DNA from: Eledone cirrhosa
Taxonomy: Eukaryota
Assembly: GCA_964016885.1 (NCBI GenBank)
Contig: OZ024742.1
Span: 370,636,001-370,700,000, forward strand
Reading direction: 5' to 3'
DNA: 64,000 nt
This document shows, piece after piece, positions 56,700 to 64,000 of this stretch. The position numbers and the translations under genes were made by a program. The notes below the pieces were generated by a model. It searched no databases. It had not been told where the DNA came from and saw nothing but the letters and a program-made list of their open reading frames with translations. Every line of letters starts with the position of its first letter. Position 1 is the stretch's first letter.

Positions 56700-59600
56700 T
56701 ACTCCTCATATAGTGGTGGTTCTACCTCAGGTGAGGTATACTCTTCATATAGTCGTGGTTCTACCTCAGGTGAGATATACTCATCATATAATGGTGGTTC
56801 TACCTCAGGTGAGATATACTCCTCATATAGTGGTGGTTCTACCTCAGGTGAGATATGCTCATCATATAGAGGTGGTTCTACCTCATGTGAGGTATACTCC
56901 TCATATAGTGGTGGTTCTACCTCAGGTGAGGTATACTCCTCATATAGTGGTGGTTCTACCTCAGGTGAGGTATACTCCCCATATAGTGGTGGTTCTACCT
57001 CAGGTGAGGGATACTCTCATATAGTGGTGGTTTTACGTCAGGTGAGATATATTCCTCATATAGTGGCGGTTCTACCTCAGGTGAGGTATACTTCTCATAT
57101 AGTGGTGATTCTACCTCAGGTGAGATATACTCCTCATATAATGGTAGTTCTACCTCAGGTGAGATATACTCCTCATATAGTGGTGGTTCTACCTCAAGTG
57201 AGATATACTCCTCATATAGTGGTGGTTCTACCTCAGGTGAGGTATACTCCTCATATAGTGGTGGTTCTACCTCAGGTGAGGTATACTTTTCATATAGTGG
57301 TGGTTCTACCTCAGGTGAGGTAAACTCCTCATATAGTGGTTGTTCTACCTCAGGTGAGGTATACTCCTCATATAATGGTGGTTCTACCTCAGGTGAGGTA
57401 TACTCCTCATATAGTGGTGGTTCTACCTCGGGTGAGATATACTCCTCATATAGTAGTGGTTCTACCTCAGGTGAGGTATACTCCTCATATAGTGGTGGTT
57501 CTACCTCAGGTGAGGTATACTCCTCATATAGGGTTGGTTCTACCTCAGGTGAGATATACTCCTCATATAATGGTGGTTGTACCTCAGCTGAGATATACTC
57601 CTCATATAGGGGTGGTTCTACCTCAGCTGAGGTATACTCCTCATATAGTGGTGGTTCTACCTCAGGTGAGGTATACTCCTCATATAGTGGTGGTTCTACC
57701 TCAGGTGAGATATATACCTCATATAGTGGTGGTTCTACCTCAGGTGAGATATACTCCTCATATAGTGGTGGTTCTACCTCAGGTGAGATATACTCCTCAT
57801 ATAGTGGTGGTTCTACCTCAGGTGAGGTATACTCCTCATATAGGGTTGGTTCTACCTCAGGTGAGATATACTCCTCATATAATGGTGGTTGTACCTCAGC
57901 TGAGATATACTCCTCATATAGGGGTGGTTCTACCTCAGCTGAGGTATACTCCTCATATAGTGGTGGTTCTACCTCAGGTGAGGTATACTCCTCATATAAT
58001 GGTGGTTCTACCTCAGGTGAGATATACTCCTTATATAGTGGTGGTTCTACCTCAGGTGAGATATGCTCATCATATAGAGGTGGTTCTACCTCATTTGAGG
58101 TATACTCCTCATAGAGTGGTGGTTCTACCTCAGGTGAGGTATACTCCTCATATAGTGGTGGTTCTACCTCAGGTGAGATATACTCCTCATATAGTGGTGG
58201 TTCTACCTCAGGTGAGATATGCTCATCATATAGTGGTTGTTCTACCTCAGGTGAGGTATGCTCCTCATATAGTGGTGGTTCTACCTCAGGTGAGGTATAC
58301 TCCTCATATAGTGGTGGTTTTACCTCAGGTGAGGTATACTCCTCATATAATGGTGGTTCTACCTCAGGTGAGGTATACTCCTCATATAGTGGTGGTTCTA
58401 CCTCAGGTGAGGTATACTCCTCATATAATGGTGGTTCTACCTCAGGGGAAGTATACTCCTCATATAGGTGTGGTTCTACTTCAGGTGAGATATACTCCTC
58501 ATATAATGGTGGTTCTACCTCAGGGGAGTATACTCCTCATATAGTGGTGCTTCTACCTCAGGTGAGATATACTCCTCATATAATGGTGGTTCTGCCTCAG
58601 GTGAGATATACTCCTCATATAGTGGTGCTTCTACCTCAGGTGAGATATACTCCTCATATAGTGGTGGTTCTACCTCAGGTGAGGTATACTCCTCATATAA
58701 TGGTAGTTCTACCTCAGCTGAGATATACTCCTCATATAGTGGTGGTTCTACCTCAAGTGAGATATACTCCTCATATAGTGGTGGTTCTACCTCAGGTGAG
58801 GTATACTCCTCATATAGTGGTGGTTCTACCTCAGGTGAGGTATACTTTTCATATAGTGGTGGTTCTACCTCAGGTGAGGTAAACTCCTCATATAGTGGTT
58901 GTTCTACCTCAGGTGAGGTATACTCCTCATATAATGGTGGTTCTACCTCAGGTGAGGTATACTCCTCATATAGTGGTGGTTCTACCTCAGTTGAGATATA
59001 CTCCTCATATAGTGGTGGTTCTACCTCAGGTGAGATATACTCCTCATATAGTGGTGGTTCTACCTCGGGTGAGATATACTCCTCATATAGTAGTGGTTCT
59101 ACCTCAGGTGAGGTATACTCCTCATATAGTGGTGGTTCTACCTCAGGTGAGGTATACTCCTCATATAGGGTTGGTTCTACCTCAGGTGAGATATACTCCT
59201 CATATAATGGTGGTTGTACCTCAGCTGAGATATACTCCTCATATAGGGGTGGTTCTACCTCAGCTGAGGTATACTCCTCATATAGTGGTGGTTCTACCTC
59301 AGGTGAGGTATACTCCTCATATAGTGGTGGTTCTACCTCAGGTGAGATATATTCCTCATATAGTGGTGGTTCTACCTCAGGTGAGGTATACTCCTCATAT
59401 ATTGGTGGTTTTACCTCAGGTGAGGTATACTCCTCATATAGTGGTGGTTTTACCTCAGGGGAGGTATACTCCTCATATAGTGGTGGTTCTACCTCAGGTG
59501 AGGTATACACCTCATATAGTGGTGGTTCTACCTCAGGTGAGATATACTCTTCATATAATGATGGTTTTACCTCAGGTGAGGTATACTCCTCATATAGTGG

Positions 59601-62480
59601 TGGTTCTACCTCAGGTGAGGTATACTCTTCATATAGTCGTGGTTCTACCTCAGGTGAGATATACTCATCATATAATGGTGGTTCTACCTCAGGTGAGATA
59701 TACTCCTCATATAGTGGTGGTTCTACCTCAGGTGAGATATGCTCATCATATAGAGGTGGTTCTACCTCATGTGAGGTATACTCCTCATATAGTGGTGGTT
59801 CTACCTCAGGTGAGGTATACTCCTCATATAGTGGTGGTTCTACCTCAGGTGAGGTATACTCCCCATATAGTGGTGGTTCTACCTCAGGTGAGGGATACTC
59901 TCATATAGTGGTGGTTTTACGTCAGGTGAGATATATTCCTCATATAGTGGCGGTTCTACCTCAGGTGAGGTATACTTCTCATATAGTGGTGATTCTACCT
60001 CAGGTGAGATATACTCCTCATATAATGGTAGTTCTACCTCAGGTGAGATATACTCCTCATATAGTGGTGGTTCTACCTCAAGTGAGATATACTCCTCATA
60101 TAGTGGTGGTTCTACCTCAAGTGAGGTATACTCCTCATATAGTGGTGGTTCTACCTCAGGTGAGGTATACTTTTCATATAGTGGTGGTTCTACCTCAGGT
60201 GAGGTAAACTCCTCATATAGTGGTTGTTCTACCTCAGGTGAGGTATACTCCTCATATAATGGTGGTTCTACCTCAGGTGAGGTATACTCCTCATATAGTG
60301 GTGGTTCTACCTCGGGTGAGATATACTCCTCATATAGTAGTGGTTCTACCTCAGGTGAGGTATACTCCTCATATAGTGGTGTTTCTACCTCAGGTGAGGT
60401 ATACTCCTCATATAGGGTTGGTTCTACCTCAGGTGAGATATACTCCTCATATAATGGTGGTTGTACCTCAGCTGAGATATACTCCTCATATAGGGGTGGT
60501 TCTACCTCAGCTGAGGTATACTCCTCATATAGTGGTGGTTCTACCTCAGGTGAGGCATACTCCTCATATAGTGGTGGTTCTACCTCAGGTGAGATATATA
60601 CCTCATATAGTGGTGGTTCTACCTCAGGTGAGATATACTCCTCATATAGTGGTGGTTCTACCTCAGGTGAGATATACTCCTCATATAGTGGTAGTTCTAC
60701 CTCAGGTGAGGTATACTCCTCATATAGGGTTGGTTCTACCTCAGGTGAGATATACTCCTCATATAATGGTGGTTGTACCTCAGCTGAGATATACTCCTCA
60801 TATAGGGGTGGTTCTACCTCAGCTGAGGTATACTCCTCATATAGTGGTGGTTCTACCTCAGGTGAGGTATACTCCTCATATAATGGTGGTTCTACCTCAG
60901 GTGAGATATACTCCTTATATAGTGGTGGTTCTACCTCAGGTGAGATATGCTCATCATATAGAGGTGGTTCTACCTCATTTGAGGTATACTCCTCATAGAG
61001 TGGTGGTTCTACCTCAGGTGAGGTATACTCCTCATATAGTGGTGGTTCTACCTCAGGTGAGATATACTCCTCATATAGTGGTGGTTCTACCTCAGGTGAG
61101 ATATGCTCATCATATAGTGGTTGTTCTACCTCAGGTGAGGTATGCTCCTCATATAGTGGTGGTTCTACCTCAGGTGAGGTATACTCCTCATATAGTGGTG
61201 GTTTTACCTCAGGTGAGGTATACTCCTCATATAATGGTGGTTCTACCTCAGGTGAGGTATACTCCTCATATAGTGGTGGTTCTACCTCAGGTGAGGTATA
61301 CTCCTCATATAATGGTGGTTCTACCTCAGGGGAAGTATACTCCTCATATAGGTGTGGTTCTACTTCAGGTGAGATATACTCCTCATATGATGGTGGTTCT
61401 ACCTCAGGGGAGTATACTCCTCATATAGTGGTGCTTCTACCTCAGGTGAGATATACTCCTCATATAATGGTGGTTCTGCCTCAGGTGAGATATACTCCTC
61501 ATATAGTGGTGCTTCTACCTCAGGTGAGATATACTCCTCATATAGTGGTGGTTCTACCTCAGGTGAGGTATACTCCTCATATAATGGTAGTTCTACCTCA
61601 GCTGAGATATACTCCTCATATAGTGGTGGTTCTACCTCAATTGAGATATACTCCTCATATAGTGGTGGTTCTACCTCAGGTGAGGTATACTCCTCATATA
61701 GTGGTGGTTCTACCTCAGGTGAGGTATACTTTTCATATAGTGGTGGTTCTACCTCAGGTGAGGTAAACTCCTCATATAGTGGTTGTTCTACCTCAGGTGA
61801 GGTATACTCCTCATATAATGGTGGTTCTACCTCAGGTGAGGTATACTCCTCATATAGTGGTGGTTCTACCTCAGTTGAGATATACTCCTCATATAGTGGT
61901 GGTTCTACCTCAGGTGAGATATACTCCTCATATAGTGGTGGTTCTACCTCGGGTGAGATATACTCCTCATATAGTAGTGGTTCTACCTCAGGTGAGGTAT
62001 ACTCCTCATATAGTGGTGGTTCTACCTCAGGTGAGGTATACTCCTCATATAGGGTTGGTTCTACCTCAGGTGAGATATACTCCTCATATAATGGTGGTTG
62101 TACCTCAGCTGAGATATACTCCTCATATAGGGGTGGTTCTACCTCAGCTGAGGTATACTCCTCATATAGTGGTGGTTCTACCTCAGGTGAGGTATACTCC
62201 TCATATAGTGGTGGTTCTACCTCAGGTGAGATATATTCCTCATATAGTGGTGGTTCTACCTCAGGTGAGGTATACTCCTCATATATTGGTGGTTTTACCT
62301 CAGGTGAGGTATACTCCTCATATAGTGGTGGTTTTACCTCAGGGGAGGTATACTCCTCATATAGTGGTGGTTCTACCTCAGGTGAGGTATACACCTCATA
62401 TAGTGGTGGTTCTACCTCAGGTGAGATATACTCTTCATATAATGATGGTTTTACCTCAGGTGAGGTATACTCCTCATATA
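56700..62480. repeat. Tandem duplication / 2-copy HOR, period 2884 bp (74 monomers minus 2 bp)
   Basis: Matching pseudo-ORFs at 57024/59908, 57336/60220, 58544/61428 and 58895/61779 are all offset by 2884. Boundaries approximate. Confidence 0.92.
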
Positions 62481-64000
62481 GTGGTGGTTTTACCTCAGGT
62501 GAGATATACTCCTCATATAGTGGTGGTTCTACCTCAGGTGAGGTATACTCCTCATATAGTGGTGGTTTTACCTCAGGTGAGGTATACTCCTCATATAATG
62601 GTGGTTCTACCTCAGGTGTGGTATACTCCTCATATAGTGGTGGTTCTACCTCAGGTGAGGTATACTCCTCATATAGTGGTGGTTTTACCTCAGGTGAGGT
62701 ATACTCCTCATATAGTGGTGGTTCTACCTCAGGTGAGATATACTCCTCATATAGTGGTGGTTCTACCTCAGGTGAGATATACTCCTCATATAATGGTGGT
62801 TCTACCTCAGGTGAGATATACTCCTCATATAATGGTGGTTCCACCTCAGGTGAGGTATACTCCTCATATAGTGGTGGTTCTACCTCAGGTGAGATATACT
62901 CCTCATATAGTGGTGGTTCTACCTCAGGTGAGGTATACTCCTCATATAGTGGTGGTTCTACCTCAGGTGAGGTATACTCCGCATATAGTGGTGGTTCTAC
63001 CTCAGGTGAGGGATACTCTCATATAGTGGTGGTTTTACGTCAGGTGAGATATATTCCTCATATAGTGGCGGTTCTACCTCAGGTGAGGTGTACTTCTCAT
63101 ATAGTGGTGATTCTACCTCAGGTGAGATATACTCCTCATATAATGGTAGTTCTACCTCAGGTGAGATATACTCCTCATATAGTGGTGGTTCTACCTCAAG
63201 TGAGATATACTCCTCATATAGTGGTGGTTCTACCTCAGGTGAGGTATACTCCTCATATAGTGGTGGTTCTACATCAGGTGAGGTATACTTTTCATATAGT
63301 GGTGGTTCTACCTCAGGTGAGGTAAACTCCTCATATAGTGGTTGTTCTACCTCAGGTGAGGTATACTCCTCATATAATGGTGGTTCTACCTCAGGTGAGG
63401 TATACTCCTCATATAGTGGTGGTTCTACCTCAGTTGAGATATACTCCTCATATAGTGGTGGTTCTACCTCAGGTGAGATATACTCCTCATATAGTGGTGG
63501 TTCTACCTCGGGTGAGATATACTCCTCATATAGTAGTGGTTCTACCTCAGGTGAGGTATACTCCTCATATAGTGGTGGTTCTACCTCAGGTGAGGTATAC
63601 TCCTCATATAGGGTTGGTTCTACCTCAGGTGAGATATACTCCTCATATAATGGTGGTTGTACCTCAGCTGAGATATACTCCTCATATAGGGGTGGTTCTA
63701 CCTCAGCTGAGGTATACTCCTCATATAGTGGTGGTTCTACCTCAGGTGAGGTATACTCCTCATATAGTGGTGGTTCTACCTCAGGTGAGATATATACCTC
63801 ATATAGTGGTGGTTCTACCTCAGGTGAGATATACTCCTCATATAGTGGTGGTTCTACCTCAGGTGAGATATACTCCTCATATAGTGGTGGTTCTACCTCA
63901 GGTGAGGTATACTCCTCATATAATGGTGGTTCTACCTCAGGTGAGATATACTCCTCATATAGTGGTGGTTCTACCTCAGGTGAGATATGCTCATCATATA

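Larger units (their letters stand above)
1..64000. repeat. Tandem satellite/minisatellite array, 39-bp monomer GTGGTGGTTCTACCTCAGGTGAGRTATACTCCTCATATA, ~1,640 copies, single orientation, running off both window ends
   Basis: The monomer is read directly throughout the window, and every ORF shows 13-aa periodicity (VVVLPQVRYTPHI, SGGSTSGEVYSSY, EVEPPLYEEYTSP). Most units differ from consensus by 0-2 substitutions. Confidence 0.99.

Noticed and set aside
16-63325. Long ORFs (up to 1126 aa) of VVVLPQVRYTPHI / SGGSTSGEVYSSY / EVEPPLYEEYTSP repeats as protein-coding genes
   Set aside because: They are artefacts of a 39-bp unit. They overlap on both strands, switch peptide at frameshifts (e.g., 50278..53658), have no unique N- or C-terminal domain, and disruptive indels and stops are copied freely in HORs.
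1-64000. CRISPR array (repeat-sized, partly palindromic unit)
   Set aside because: Units are directly adjacent with no unique spacers, and there is no leader or cas gene.
1-64000. Telomeric or G-quadruplex repeat
   Set aside because: The unit is not a known short telomere motif, and G-runs are mostly GG, with only sporadic GGGG variants.
1-64000. Nucleosome-length periodicity (4-5 monomers = 156-195 bp)
   Set aside because: No consistent 4- or 5-mer variant period was visible. The observed duplication lengths (15, 16, 17, 35, 63, 74, 102 monomers) share no such multiple.

Overview
The whole 64 kb window is one uninterrupted head-to-tail tandem array (satellite/minisatellite) of a 39-bp monomer, consensus GTGGTGGTTCTACCTCAGGTGAG(G/A)TATACTCCTCATATA (~46% GC, no CpG), about 1,640 copies (64000/39). 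I saw no unique sequence, inversion, transposon insertion or credible gene. All listed ORFs arise because 39 is divisible by 3 and three of the six frames lack stops. They are broken by frameshifts and stops. The information lies in the variant pattern, which shows a mosaic of higher-order repeats (HORs): 2454 bp (63-mer, ~3.9 copies), 3970 bp (102-mer, ~3 copies with structural edits) and 2884 bp (74-mer, 2 copies). There are also irregular segmental duplications and long-range block sharing. The monomer packs overlapping motifs into about 20 bp: an inverted repeat TACCTCA-GG-TGAGGTA whose spacer is the most variant-rich spot, a canonical let-7 8mer site (CTACCTCA), a juxtaposed 3'/5' splice-like signal (YYYCAG|GTGAG) and an E-box (CAGGTG). 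Functional readings of these motifs are hypotheses only. The host cannot be identified from the sequence; a eukaryote is most likely.
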